DNA of 50,558 nucleotides, taken from IMG/VR virus record IMGVR_UViG_3300038393_001512, positions 1 to 50,558 of that record. One strand, written 5' to 3'. Made by a program: the position numbers and the translations under genes. The DNA is from a virus. Taxonomy: Duplodnaviria; Caudoviricetes. The number at the start of each line of letters is the position of its first letter. Positions within the stretch are counted from its first letter, which is position 1. Below are positions 1-8,809 of this stretch, piece after piece. The notes under the pieces were generated by a model. That model was not told the origin of the DNA, made no database searches, and saw only the letters and a list, made by a program, of their open reading frames with translations.

Positions 1-1484
1 TCGAGATGGCTAAGGCCAAGACCGGCAACTGGCTCAAGGAGAATCCTCAGCGGGCCCGCTCCAACAACTCGGTGCTCCTCGTAAGGGGCGAGACCTCTTA
101 TGAAGAGTTCGAGGGGCTCATGGAGCATGTGAAGCAGTGGGGTGAACCCGGCTTCGTTTGGGCAGACTCCACCGAATTCCTCGTGAACCCATGCGTAGAA
201 ATTGGGATGTGGCCGAGGCTTCGCCTCGATGAGAACGATTCCCTGCTCCAAGAAGTGCTTCGCACCTACAAGGGACCAATCGGATACGACGATGCTTCCG
301 CCACCGTGAGTGGCTGGCAATTCTGCAACCTGACGACCGTCAACGGCAACAAGGTCAAGACACCCGATGACTTCTACAAGGGATGCCGAGTGGCGGCGAT
401 CCTTGGCACACTGCAAGCGGCCTTCACCAAGTTCCCCTATCTCGGTCGAGTGACTGAGGAAATCGTCCGCAAGGAAGCCCTGTTGGGCGTCAGCATCACG
501 AGTGTGATGAGTGCCCCCGATATCCTCCTTGATCCCGAAGTCCTTCGTCGCGGTGCTGAGATTGTGCTAGAGACCAACGAATGGCTGAGTAAGATCCTCG
601 GGACCAATCCTTGTGCCCGTGGTACTTGCATGAAGCCAGAGGGGACCGGCACCCTGATGCTCGGCTCCCTCGCGTGCGGTGCCCACGGCTGGCCCTTCAA
701 GAAGGGCATCAAGAATGTCCAGGCCAACGTCAACGAGGTCGTCTATCAGTGGTTCAGGGAGACCAATGAGGTCGCCTGCCAGAAGAGCGTCTGGTGCAAG
801 AATGGGACCACCGACGTTATCTCCTTCGCCGTGGAGGCCCCTGATGGTGCCATGCTGGAGAATGACCTGTCGGCCGTCGAGTTCCTTTCAAGCGTCAAGA
901 ACATCTACATGAACTGGGTTGTGCCGGGTAAGCGGCCCGAGCGTTGCACCCACGACTGGCTCCATCACAGCGTCTCCAACACCGTCAAGGTGAAGCCCCA
1001 CGAGTGGGAGGAGGTCACCCGCTACATCTACGAGAACCGCGACTGCTTTGCTGGCATTTCCCTGCTCCCATTCTCCGGGGACAAGGATTATGAGCAGGCT
1101 CCGAACATCGCGGTTTATGATTATGATGAGATGTCTGCGAAGTATGGGCAAGATGGGGTTCTTGCGGCTATCTCTCACACGGTCACCCTCCTCTACGCAT
1201 TCGACGGCGATCTGTTTGCCGCCTGTGATGCGATTTTGGGCACTCCTCGACAAGCCCTGACTGAGGAGCAGGAGGCACTCATCGCTTCGATCGTGAAGGA
1301 GAGGAAGACCCCTCAGGAGCGATTGGACCTCACCTACGCCCTGAAGGATCTAGCCAACTGGAATCGCTACTGCTACCTGAAGGACTCGTTCAAGTCGGTC
1401 GACTACGAGTCCCTCATCGAACTGTCGGATGACACCCAGCCAACGGCTGAAGGTGCATGTGCGGGTGGAGCTTGCTTGATCTAA
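1..1484 (+). CDS. nrdJ: Ribonucleotide reductase, class II (B12-dependent) type; 5' part lies outside the window
   Basis: RARSNNSV, NPCVEI (thiyl-radical Cys loop), CNLT, KPEGT and a C-terminal redox pair CAGGAC; the frame is open from the window start. Confidence 0.85.
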   Translation, partial: EMAKAKTGNWLKENPQRARSNNSVLLVRGETSYEEFEGLMEHVKQWGEPGFVWADSTEFLVNPCVEIGMWPRLRLDENDSLLQEVLRTYKGPIGYDDASATVSGWQFCNLTTVNGNKVKTPDDFYKGCRVAAILGTLQAAFTKFPYLGRVTEEIVRKEALLGVSITSVMSAPDILLDPEVLRRGAEIVLETNEWLSKILGTNPCARGTCMKPEGTGTLMLGSLACGAHGWPFKKGIKNVQANVNEVVYQWFRETNEVACQKSVWCKNGTTDVISFAVEAPDGAMLENDLSAVEFLSSVKNIYMNWVVPGKRPERCTHDWLHHSVSNTVKVKPHEWEEVTRYIYENRDCFAGISLLPFSGDKDYEQAPNIAVYDYDEMSAKYGQDGVLAAISHTVTLLYAFDGDLFAACDAILGTPRQALTEEQEALIASIVKERKTPQERLDLTYALKDLANWNRYCYLKDSFKSVDYESLIELSDDTQPTAEGACAGGACLI

Positions 1485-1506
1485 GACTCTAGCAACAGGT
1501 GAAATA

Positions 1507-1959
1507 GTGGGAACCCTGACGCAGCTTCGCGAGAACATCTTCAACACTGACATCAAGGTGATTGCTCACGGTGTGAATTGCCGTGGGGGCTTCGGTTCGG
1601 GAATCGCTGGGCAGATCGCCAAGCGATATCCCGAGGTCCGAAGGGCCTACATCCGCAAGCACACGGGCGAGGGCTGGGCCCTCGGCGACATCCAGATCGT
1701 CAAGACCGACGACGGACGCCTGGTCGTCAACATGGCCACTCAGGACACGTACGGCAAGACCGGCGTCCATGTCAAGTACGAGGCGGTTAAGACCGCCCTG
1801 GAGAAAGTCCTCAAGTTCTGTGAGGAGCAGGGACACGCACTGGCGATCCCCAAGATCGGATGTGGCCTGGCGGGTGGAGACTGGGCCGTCGTAGAAGGAA
1901 TCATCACCGAGTGTTTGCAAAGCAAGCACGTTGATGTGGAAGTCTACAGCCTGGACTGA
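1507..1959 (+). CDS. Macro domain protein (Poa1p/TARG1/DarG-like ADP-ribose hydrolase)
   Basis: HGVNCRGGFGSGIA, VVNMATQ and IPKIGCGLAGGDW are typical macro-domain loops. Confidence 0.9.
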   Translation: MGTLTQLRENIFNTDIKVIAHGVNCRGGFGSGIAGQIAKRYPEVRRAYIRKHTGEGWALGDIQIVKTDDGRLVVNMATQDTYGKTGVHVKYEAVKTALEKVLKFCEEQGHALAIPKIGCGLAGGDWAVVEGIITECLQSKHVDVEVYSLD

Positions 1960-1969
1960 AAGGGACCTC

Positions 1970-2548
1970 GTGAAACACTACAAGACGTTGGTGTTGAACG
2001 CCAACGGTATGCCCCTCTCAATCGTGAGTTGGGGCAGGGGAATCTACCTTGTGTATGACGAAAAGGCACAAGAGCTAGACTTCTACGCCGGGGAGAAGGT
2101 GAGGGACGGCCACGGTCGTTACTTCACCATCCCCGCCGTCATCATCCTTCGTCGCATGATCTCAACGAAACATCGCAGTGCTTCCTTCAATAAGAAGAAT
2201 GTGCTGCTCCGCGATGGGCTCACCTGCCAATACTGCGGTCGCCAATTCGAGCCCAAGGATCTTACTCTTGATCACGTCATTCCCCGGTGCAAGTGGAAGA
2301 GTGAAGAGACGCCCACCAATTGGGAGAACGTCGTCACATGCTGCTGTGCCTGCAACACAAAGAAAGGGGATAAGACATGCGAGCAGGCCGACATGCACCC
2401 CATTAAGAAGCCGGTGAAGCCTAGACATGGTGAGAGGTTTCTGGGGCTTTCGCCCTGGAGGGACAGGATACCTAAGGAGTGGCTTCCTTACCTGAGTCAT
2501 CTACCTCTTTTCAAAGGCTTGGTACATGAGCAACAAACTACGCTTTAG
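1970..2548 (+). CDS. HNH endonuclease (McrA-like)
   Basis: LVLNA..PL..W N-terminus; RDGLTCQYCG, TLDHVIP, WENVVTCCCACNTKKG; GTG start at 1970 after AGGGA. Confidence 0.9.
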   Translation: MKHYKTLVLNANGMPLSIVSWGRGIYLVYDEKAQELDFYAGEKVRDGHGRYFTIPAVIILRRMISTKHRSASFNKKNVLLRDGLTCQYCGRQFEPKDLTLDHVIPRCKWKSEETPTNWENVVTCCCACNTKKGDKTCEQADMHPIKKPVKPRHGERFLGLSPWRDRIPKEWLPYLSHLPLFKGLVHEQQTTL

Positions 2549-3242
2549 CACGAATGGGTTCAGCAGTAACGGGAACGGCAAGAAGCCCAAGTCCCGTGTC
2601 GTCAGAGGCAAGACGGATGGGCAGCGGGCTTACATGGAAGCCATCGAGTCCCACGACATCGTCTATTGCCTCGGTCCCGCTGGAACCGGAAAGACTCACA
2701 TCGCCGCTGGCATGGCGGCACGCGGCTTCAACGACGGCACCTACGAGAGGATCGTAGCCGTCCGTCCCGCCGTCGAGGCAGGCAACAGCCTCGGCTTCCT
2801 CCCCGGAGAACTCGACGACAAGATCAAACCCTATCTTCGCCCCTTCCTTGCCGAACTGGCCAAGTTCATCCCCGAGGAGGAACTCCGCAGACTTCGCCAA
2901 GGGGAATTGCCGAAGGTCGAACTTTCGCCGCTCCAGTACATGCGAGGCTCTACGCTTGAGAACTCCATCATCGTTCTGGACGAGGCACAGAATGCCACCC
3001 GTGCAGAGATCTGGATGTTCCTGACCCGCCTCGGCGACGGTTCGAAGATGATCATCAATGGCGATACGAGTCGCCACGAGGACGGCACAATGAAGCAGTG
3101 CGATCTTCCACGCGATCTGCAAGGAGGCGTCGAATACTACGCCGACCTCTATGCGGACTACGAGGAGATTGGAATCGTGACCATGACTGAAGCGGACATC
3201 GTTCGCCACCCCCTAGTCAAGAAGATGATGAAGCGAAGCTGA
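2526..3242 (+). CDS. phoH: PhoH-family ATPase
   Basis: GPAGTGKT Walker A, RPAVEAG..LGFLPG, YMRGST, LDEAQN, LTRLG, DIVRHPLV. Confidence 0.95.
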   Translation: MSNKLRFSTNGFSSNGNGKKPKSRVVRGKTDGQRAYMEAIESHDIVYCLGPAGTGKTHIAAGMAARGFNDGTYERIVAVRPAVEAGNSLGFLPGELDDKIKPYLRPFLAELAKFIPEEELRRLRQGELPKVELSPLQYMRGSTLENSIIVLDEAQNATRAEIWMFLTRLGDGSKMIINGDTSRHEDGTMKQCDLPRDLQGGVEYYADLYADYEEIGIVTMTEADIVRHPLVKKMMKRS

Positions 3243-3274
3243 GCGACCTTCGGTCGCGGAGCAGGGAAAGGTAA

Positions 3275-3940
3275 ATGGATAGAAGAGGATTCTTCAGGGC
3301 TCTTGGCGGTGCGGTCCTTGCACCGTTCGCCGCCAAGCTGCCCGTCAAACGGAAACCCCGCCTTCGGTGGTCACCAATGGGTGCCGCCGTCTTCGATAGT
3401 CGTGCCCTCATTAAGGGCCGAGCCCTCATCGCCCCCAATCACAATCTCTCCGAGATTTACATGTCCGAAGAAGCTTACAACGAAATGTATCGTTGGCAAG
3501 TTGGCCACTCCGTGGCCACTTACGGTGTAAGTTCTATAGACACCAACGAGATAACAAATGCCGACTTATCACTATCAGTGCCAGCAGTGCTCCCACCAGT
3601 TTCTCATTCAGAGGAGCATCAAGGAGGAGATTCTCACTCTCTGCCCCGAATGCCAGACGAACAGCCTCCAGACGATCTTCTATGCGGTCCCCGTCATCGA
3701 TGCGGAACCGAGGACTCTGGGGAGCCTGGCCGAACGGAACACGGACAGGATGGGTGTCTACGAGCTTCAGGAGAAGCGAGCGGAGTTGGCCGAGAGCAAG
3801 AAGAGGGGGAGGGCCGAGATGGACTTGCCTCCGACGTTACCGGCCGGGATGGAGTCGGCAAGGAACGAGAATCCGCAGGCCCCTTGGTGGAGGCCGGGGA
3901 CCTCGGGTCCCGATTTGAGACTAGCGTCATTGACACCTGA
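3275..3940 (+). CDS. Protein with a twin-arginine (Tat)-like N-terminus; the part overlapping the next gene may not be functional
   Basis: MDRRGFFRALGGAVLAPFAA after an AAGG RBS; about 380 nt overlap the following CDS in another frame. Confidence 0.55.
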   Translation: MDRRGFFRALGGAVLAPFAAKLPVKRKPRLRWSPMGAAVFDSRALIKGRALIAPNHNLSEIYMSEEAYNEMYRWQVGHSVATYGVSSIDTNEITNADLSLSVPAVLPPVSHSEEHQGGDSHSLPRMPDEQPPDDLLCGPRHRCGTEDSGEPGRTEHGQDGCLRASGEASGVGREQEEGEGRDGLASDVTGRDGVGKERESAGPLVEAGDLGSRFETSVIDT

Positions 3941-3983
3941 ACAAAAGAGTCAATATCAATACGAAGGGAAAGTCGATGGTTGA
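3558..3983 (+). CDS. FmdB-family zinc-ribbon protein
   Basis: MPTYHYQCQQCSHQF...CPECQ pattern. Confidence 0.85.
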   Translation: MPTYHYQCQQCSHQFLIQRSIKEEILTLCPECQTNSLQTIFYAVPVIDAEPRTLGSLAERNTDRMGVYELQEKRAELAESKKRGRAEMDLPPTLPAGMESARNENPQAPWWRPGTSGPDLRLASLTPEQKSQYQYEGKVDG

Positions 3984-4299
3984 TCCAACGTGCCCCATCC
4001 TCCTCATTCCGGACAAGGATGATGAAGAGGGGGGCGACTGCATCTTTCAGATTAGCACGGGCAAGACGGGGTCTATGGACCAGGTCGGTGCCCTCCAGAG
4101 CGGCTATCTATTCAATACTCGTCGGTGCGTGGCCCCTCCACGCCAAGTCACCCCTCCAAAGGAAACGCTATGGCAGAGAACCCGCCGCTTCATCCTATGG
4201 CCCCTCACGGTGCTATCATCCAAATTCTCTGGGAGGTCCACGAAGTCCAGACGGACGGGCGTCACGATCCATCATCCCAGAACAAGGGCCAGCGTGTGA
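3976..4299 (+). CDS. Hypothetical protein
   Basis: Start overlaps the end of the previous gene; 3' end overlaps the next ORF. Confidence 0.45.
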   Translation: MVDPTCPILLIPDKDDEEGGDCIFQISTGKTGSMDQVGALQSGYLFNTRRCVAPPRQVTPPKETLWQRTRRFILWPLTVLSSKFSGRSTKSRRTGVTIHHPRTRASV

Positions 4300-4547
4300 T
4301 TTCGTTCCGGGGGAGCAACTATGCCGTGTGTATGGCAAAGTTACAGAGCTTCCTCGATCTCGTAAGCAAAGAAGGGCAAGTCGATGAGCGAACCAGAACA
4401 GAAGATGCCGGTGCTCCACATGAAGGAGAAGGACCTATCCTCTCACAGGTTCAAAGGGCTAGTCGAGCACTCGCACCATCCCCTAACATGCTCGGCGTGC
4501 GGCCGGGGCCTGCTCGACGTGATGGTGACAGAGCCCAACTACCCTGA
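4170..4547 (+). CDS. Hypothetical protein
   Basis: ATG at 4170 after an AAAGGA RBS; the first ~70 aa look globular. Confidence 0.5.
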   Translation: MAENPPLHPMAPHGAIIQILWEVHEVQTDGRHDPSSQNKGQRVISFRGSNYAVCMAKLQSFLDLVSKEGQVDERTRTEDAGAPHEGEGPILSQVQRASRALAPSPNMLGVRPGPARRDGDRAQLP

Positions 4548-4707
4548 GACCTTCCGCTATCGGGCCGACTGCCCGTATTGCGGTGACCACAGCTTCCCCA
4601 GCGACCCCATCCAGGGGGGAGTCTACATCGGGCCGATCGGCGACGTGTTCAACACGAGCTTCGACACCGATGGGGACATCATCTACCTGAGGACCGAGAA
4701 GCGATGA
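4384..4707 (+). CDS. Hypothetical zinc-ribbon protein
   Basis: CSAC...CPYC; ATGA coupling to the next gene. Confidence 0.7.
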   Translation: MSEPEQKMPVLHMKEKDLSSHRFKGLVEHSHHPLTCSACGRGLLDVMVTEPNYPETFRYRADCPYCGDHSFPSDPIQGGVYIGPIGDVFNTSFDTDGDIIYLRTEKR

Positions 4708-5144
4708 GCACCCGCGAAGATCTGAATGACAAGGGGGTCTTCAATCCCGGCCCCCTCAAGAAGAAGGGCTTGCCGCGTGTGCCCGTGCGTACGTACTCGG
4801 GCGGCGAGGTCCCCCGCGAAGACGAGATCATCATCGGCTTCGATGCGAGCGGCTCCTATACCGATCAGCCCGACGACGTCTGCTGCAAGCGTGTACAGAC
4901 AGATCGTAGTATACGCTACTACATCAAGTTCTGCACGATGGGCACCGAGACGGGTCGCATGCTGAACCCGGTCGGCATGTACTTCAGGAAGGATCAGGTG
5001 TCGTCCTCCGATCCAAGGACCGGGCGGCTCCGCTACGAATTCAGGGGCGTCGGCGAGGGCCCCTTCCGCGACTACCTCAAGTTCCTCTCCACCAAGAATG
5101 AATCCTACCTCCGGAGTGCTGAAAGGCAGGTGCTAGATGCCTAA
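4704..5144 (+). CDS. Hypothetical protein
   Basis: Translationally coupled on both sides. Confidence 0.75.
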   Translation: MSTREDLNDKGVFNPGPLKKKGLPRVPVRTYSGGEVPREDEIIIGFDASGSYTDQPDDVCCKRVQTDRSIRYYIKFCTMGTETGRMLNPVGMYFRKDQVSSSDPRTGRLRYEFRGVGEGPFRDYLKFLSTKNESYLRSAERQVLDA

Positions 5145-5625
5145 TCAAAAGAAGAAGACTACGCCAGCGAGGGTCAAGGCGAAGCCTCCCCTCCCTGCTC
5201 CTGAACCCGTCTCCCCCGACCTCGTCTTAACCAAGGCCCAACAATATTACATCAAGGGTAATATGGAGGGGGCTTCCCCCGTCCAGATCGCCTCCGACCT
5301 CGGTCTCACGGTCGAGATCGTTAAGGCATACATCGCCACGGTCGAGCGTGACTCGCGGACCTCACGCACCAGCAAGTTGATGCAGAGGCCCTCCAAGGGT
5401 GTGGTGGCGATGACTGAAGCGGCCTCGATGGCTGCCGACGACATTCGGAACAAGAACCTCATCACACAGGCCGAGATCAATCGGGCATCCGCCGCTGGTA
5501 ATTTCGAGTTGGCCGCTGAGTTGGTCAAGCGACGTGAGGAGCAGACGGTGAACCAGCAGACGATGCAGCAAGCCCGCTACGGTCACTGCTGGCACTTCAT
5601 CCGAGATACCAATGACAGTGTGTAA
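5137..5625 (+). CDS. Hypothetical protein with an HTH-like segment and a UVR-like motif
   Basis: SPVQIASDLGLTVEIVKAYI (HTH-like); ASAAGNFELAAELVKRR (UvrB/UvrC-like motif). Confidence 0.65.
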   Translation: MPNQKKKTTPARVKAKPPLPAPEPVSPDLVLTKAQQYYIKGNMEGASPVQIASDLGLTVEIVKAYIATVERDSRTSRTSKLMQRPSKGVVAMTEAASMAADDIRNKNLITQAEINRASAAGNFELAAELVKRREEQTVNQQTMQQARYGHCWHFIRDTNDSV

Positions 5626-6034
5626 GGTCGATGACGAATTCGTTCGCGATAATATGCGTTGGGTGGTAAGGCTGAACAACGATGAACTTGTTTATGAGGA
5701 CGATGGGAGGCCCGGCGAAGACCCGCCCTCGGCCTGGCTCCGTCTCGGCCAGTATTGCCGCGACAACGGCCTCTACATCACTCAGATGTGGCTGCAATTC
5801 CGCTCTGCCCGACTTGAGGTCAAGCCCGCCAACGCCCTCGGCTATTTCTTCGCGAAGAGCGTGTTCGCCGTCTGGGGGGAAGACCAGTCGTACGAGGCGT
5901 ACGTAGCCGGGACGCTGGGGGCAGACGGTAAGGTCCGCACGACGAGATGGCGGGTCCCTGAGCTAATCGAATTGGAGCAGGGAACGAGGGTCGTTGAGCT
6001 AGATAGCCCATTCCTGATCTGCAAGCCCGTATAG
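5612..6034 (+). CDS. Hypothetical protein
   Basis: Coupled ORF that ends just before a promoter. Confidence 0.75.
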   Translation: MTVCKVDDEFVRDNMRWVVRLNNDELVYEDDGRPGEDPPSAWLRLGQYCRDNGLYITQMWLQFRSARLEVKPANALGYFFAKSVFAVWGEDQSYEAYVAGTLGADGKVRTTRWRVPELIELEQGTRVVELDSPFLICKPV

Positions 6035-6036
6035 CG

Positions 6037-6074
6037 TTGACATTTGGAGATCCGCGTCCTATACTAAGGGTAGG
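6037..6074 (+). promoter_or_regulatory. Sigma70-type promoter with the conserved 19-bp motif (copy 1)
   Basis: TTGACA(6037)-17 nt-TATACT(6060); GTCCTATACTAAGGGTAGG at 6056-6074; intergenic. Confidence 0.9.
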
Positions 6075-6100
6075 CCCCCTTTTGCCACCCTGGAGGACTC

Positions 6101-6478
6101 ATGGCTGCGAAGACAACGCCCGCCCCCAAGAAGAAGACGGCGAAGATCCCGGCCCCCAAGCGTAAGATACGAGAGTATCCACGCATCGAGGGCACAGAAC
6201 TGGCCAAGTTGCACATCGACAGCGGTTGGCTCTACCACCTGAACCGGACCTTCTACCACCCCCTCGGCTTCTCGATGATCTACGAAGAGACGCCGAGTGG
6301 TGAGATGCTTCCGGTCCTTCTCGATCGGCGATCGAACCCCACAGGGGTATTCAGCCCGAAAGAGATGGAATCGGGTGAGGCCAAGAAGCAGTCGTATCTC
6401 AACGAGTTCGGCCGGGCGACATTGGAGAGGCGACGGAAAGCCCTTGGATTTACAGTGCAACCTAGCGAGACGACGTGA
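6101..6478 (+). CDS. Hypothetical phage protein
   Basis: GGAGGA RBS; Lys/Pro-rich N-terminus, then GWLYHLNRTFYHPLGF. Confidence 0.8.
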   Translation: MAAKTTPAPKKKTAKIPAPKRKIREYPRIEGTELAKLHIDSGWLYHLNRTFYHPLGFSMIYEETPSGEMLPVLLDRRSNPTGVFSPKEMESGEAKKQSYLNEFGRATLERRRKALGFTVQPSETT

Positions 6479-6966
6479 TGGCCAAGAAGAAATCGGGGAA
6501 TCCAGCCACCTTCGAATCGGAACATGGAGCGACCCGCAAGCTCAACGCCATGCAGAAGATTGCTGAGATCATGTGCGAGCGGATTGCCGCCAAGGAGGGG
6601 CGAGGGCTGGATACCCGGTTCTGGCTTGAACCCGAGTGGGCCAAGCGATTCAACTACCAGATGAGTACGGCACGCTCCCTCCTCAAGCTCTACGATGTTG
6701 AAGCGATTCTGAGGGCTCTGCGAGCGAACCCACGGGTATTCTCTCTCGGAGCCCCCTTCTTTCTGGTCGAAGTGGAAAAAGAGCAGAAGAAGTTTGTCGA
6801 AGAGCGTAACAGGGCGTTGAACGCCCCGATCATTCAAACGAGCAGCACAACAGAAGCCCCGCGAATTGGAATTCGACTTGGAGGAAGTGCAAGAGCAAGA
6901 CTGAATGCCTCAGAAGCCAAAGGCCGACAAGAAAGAGAAGGCCACGGCAACGCCGACACGACCTGA
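6475..6966 (+). CDS. Hypothetical protein
   Basis: GTGA coupling to the upstream stop. Confidence 0.75.
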   Translation: MMAKKKSGNPATFESEHGATRKLNAMQKIAEIMCERIAAKEGRGLDTRFWLEPEWAKRFNYQMSTARSLLKLYDVEAILRALRANPRVFSLGAPFFLVEVEKEQKKFVEERNRALNAPIIQTSSTTEAPRIGIRLGGSARARLNASEAKGRQEREGHGNADTT

Positions 6967-8020
6967 CGACAAGGTCATAGCAGACATCATGAAGGAGTTC
7001 GGGAAGAGCGTCTTGGTTGGCGGTGACACGATCATCAAAGCCAACAAGATGCTCATCCCCGTGTCTCCAGCAATCGACTTCGCCCACAATGGTGGATGGC
7101 AGGAAGGCTCCTTTGTAGTTCTCGTAGGACCACCACGATGCGGCAAGACAACGACCTCACTTCACTTCGCAGGCAACGCCCAACGTCCCCAGTACGGCAG
7201 CCGCGAGGTCATCTACCTCAATGCCGAGGCACGCCTAGAGAAGCGTGACCTCAACGGCATTCCCGGCCTCCTGGTCGAGCCTCCCCACTTCCGTATCGTA
7301 CAGTCATCACCGCCTACTGTAGACGCCAAGGGCGTCATGCAGCCGGGGAAGATCCTTACGGCAAAAGATTTTTTAACAATTGCTGAAAAATTCTTGATCG
7401 GCACCACCGATAAGGTGATCATCCTCGACTCGATCTCTGCGATGGTCGGTGAATCCGAATGGAATGAGGGGCTTGATGCGAACGCGGTAGGCGAGGCCCA
7501 GCGTCTCTTCAGCAAGTTCATGCGGCGGATGTCACAGGTGATTGCCACCAACCGCCACATCTTCATCGGTATCGTCCACCTGTATGCCAACATGGGCGGG
7601 GCTGCTGCCAAAGGTCCGAAGTGGCTTGAGAAGATGAGCCACTCGGCTCAGTACGGCCTAGCCACCAAGTTCAAGGCCACGCACTTCGAAAGTTGGAAGG
7701 TGGGGAGCGGCGACAAAGAGAGCCAGGTTGGCCAGTGTATCTTCTGGAAGTGTGAGCGGTCACCGCTCGGGCAGCCGGGCCTCTCGGCCGACAGCTACTT
7801 GCGGTTCGGTTACGGTCTCGATGAGTCAATGGAATTGATCGAGATGGCTCTACCCATCAACCTGATCGAGAAGAGCGGGACCTGGTATGAGCTAAGGTTC
7901 GTCGAGGGCGACAAGAAGCCCAACGTGCAGGGCATGGAAGGCATCTGCACTTACCTGAGGGAGCATCCCGAGAACTTCGAAGAACTCAAGAGACAGGTGA
8001 GGGAGGGCCTCGGTCTATGA
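6905..8020 (+). CDS. recA: RecA/UvsX-like recombinase
   Basis: GPPRCGKTT Walker A, YLNAE, VIILDSISAM Walker B, QRLFSKFMRR, IEKSGTWY C-terminal domain. Confidence 0.85.
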   Translation: MPQKPKADKKEKATATPTRPDDKVIADIMKEFGKSVLVGGDTIIKANKMLIPVSPAIDFAHNGGWQEGSFVVLVGPPRCGKTTTSLHFAGNAQRPQYGSREVIYLNAEARLEKRDLNGIPGLLVEPPHFRIVQSSPPTVDAKGVMQPGKILTAKDFLTIAEKFLIGTTDKVIILDSISAMVGESEWNEGLDANAVGEAQRLFSKFMRRMSQVIATNRHIFIGIVHLYANMGGAAAKGPKWLEKMSHSAQYGLATKFKATHFESWKVGSGDKESQVGQCIFWKCERSPLGQPGLSADSYLRFGYGLDESMELIEMALPINLIEKSGTWYELRFVEGDKKPNVQGMEGICTYLREHPENFEELKRQVREGLGL

Positions 8021-8415
8021 AAGTCCAAGGATTGGATGGTCGGGAATACTCGTGGAAGCTGAGGGGCAGGGAAGTGCTCCTGAGCGATATTGACAGGGGG
8101 TCGGGCCCGCACCAAAGGGCCCGCACCCTCCTCAAGGCATTGTTTCCGCTCGTCGCGGTCCTGGAGGAGGTTCCCCTCCCCGGATCGGACGGGCTGCGAC
8201 TCGATTTCCTGATCCTGAGCGACAGGATCGCCGTTGAGGTCCACGGGGCCCAGCACTTCAAGTACACGCCCCACTTCCACGGCACCCGCATGGGCTTCCT
8301 GGAGTCGCGGCGGCGTGACTCGAAGAAGAAGGAGTGGTGCCAACTCAACAACATCAAGCTCGTGGTCTTACCAGATACGGAGGATGAGGATGACTGGAGA
8401 AGGCACTTCGCCTGA
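8017..8415 (+). CDS. PD-(D/E)XK endonuclease, Vsr/DUF559-like
   Basis: EEVP...LRLDFLI...IAVEVHGAQHF...RDSKKKEWC. Confidence 0.8.
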   Translation: MKVQGLDGREYSWKLRGREVLLSDIDRGSGPHQRARTLLKALFPLVAVLEEVPLPGSDGLRLDFLILSDRIAVEVHGAQHFKYTPHFHGTRMGFLESRRRDSKKKEWCQLNNIKLVVLPDTEDEDDWRRHFA

Positions 8416-8809
8416 TGACAAGCTGGATCAGATGATTGCCAGCCTGGAAGAGGATATGGTCCGTCGAGGTCTGATCATCATCGACAAACCGGAAGTCGAC
8501 GCCTATATGTCGATCAGTCAAGAAGAGATGGCTTCCCTGCCCCCAGACGAACTGGGCTCGCTGGCCTTCTCACTCTCCCAGTATTCCTATTACATCCAAA
8601 CGATGCTCAACTGGCTCAACGTACGCATCAAGATGTGCCAGCGATATGCGGTATCCGATCATAAGAATGCCAAGCAGTGGCGTGAGCTTCAGGAGAAGGC
8701 CGAGCAGCGGTTCGACACGCTCTACTTCATCCCTGCTCGTATTCAAGATATTATGAAGGCTGCATTCGAGCTACAACAGTCCCGAAGGAGGACACATGGC
8801 AAAATCTAA
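8390..8809 (+). CDS. Hypothetical helical protein
   Basis: GGAGG RBS before ATG 8390; fills the gap between the nuclease and the next gene. Confidence 0.7.
   Translation: MTGEGTSPDDKLDQMIASLEEDMVRRGLIIIDKPEVDAYMSISQEEMASLPPDELGSLAFSLSQYSYYIQTMLNWLNVRIKMCQRYAVSDHKNAKQWRELQEKAEQRFDTLYFIPARIQDIMKAAFELQQSRRRTHGKI

Noticed and set aside
1970-2548. HNH as an intron-encoded homing endonuclease
   Set aside because: It is free-standing between intact macro-domain and phoH genes, and no gene is interrupted.
3243-3257. Short hairpin GCGACC-TTC-GGTCGC after phoH
   Set aside because: Only 6 bp with no U-tract; too weak to call a terminator.
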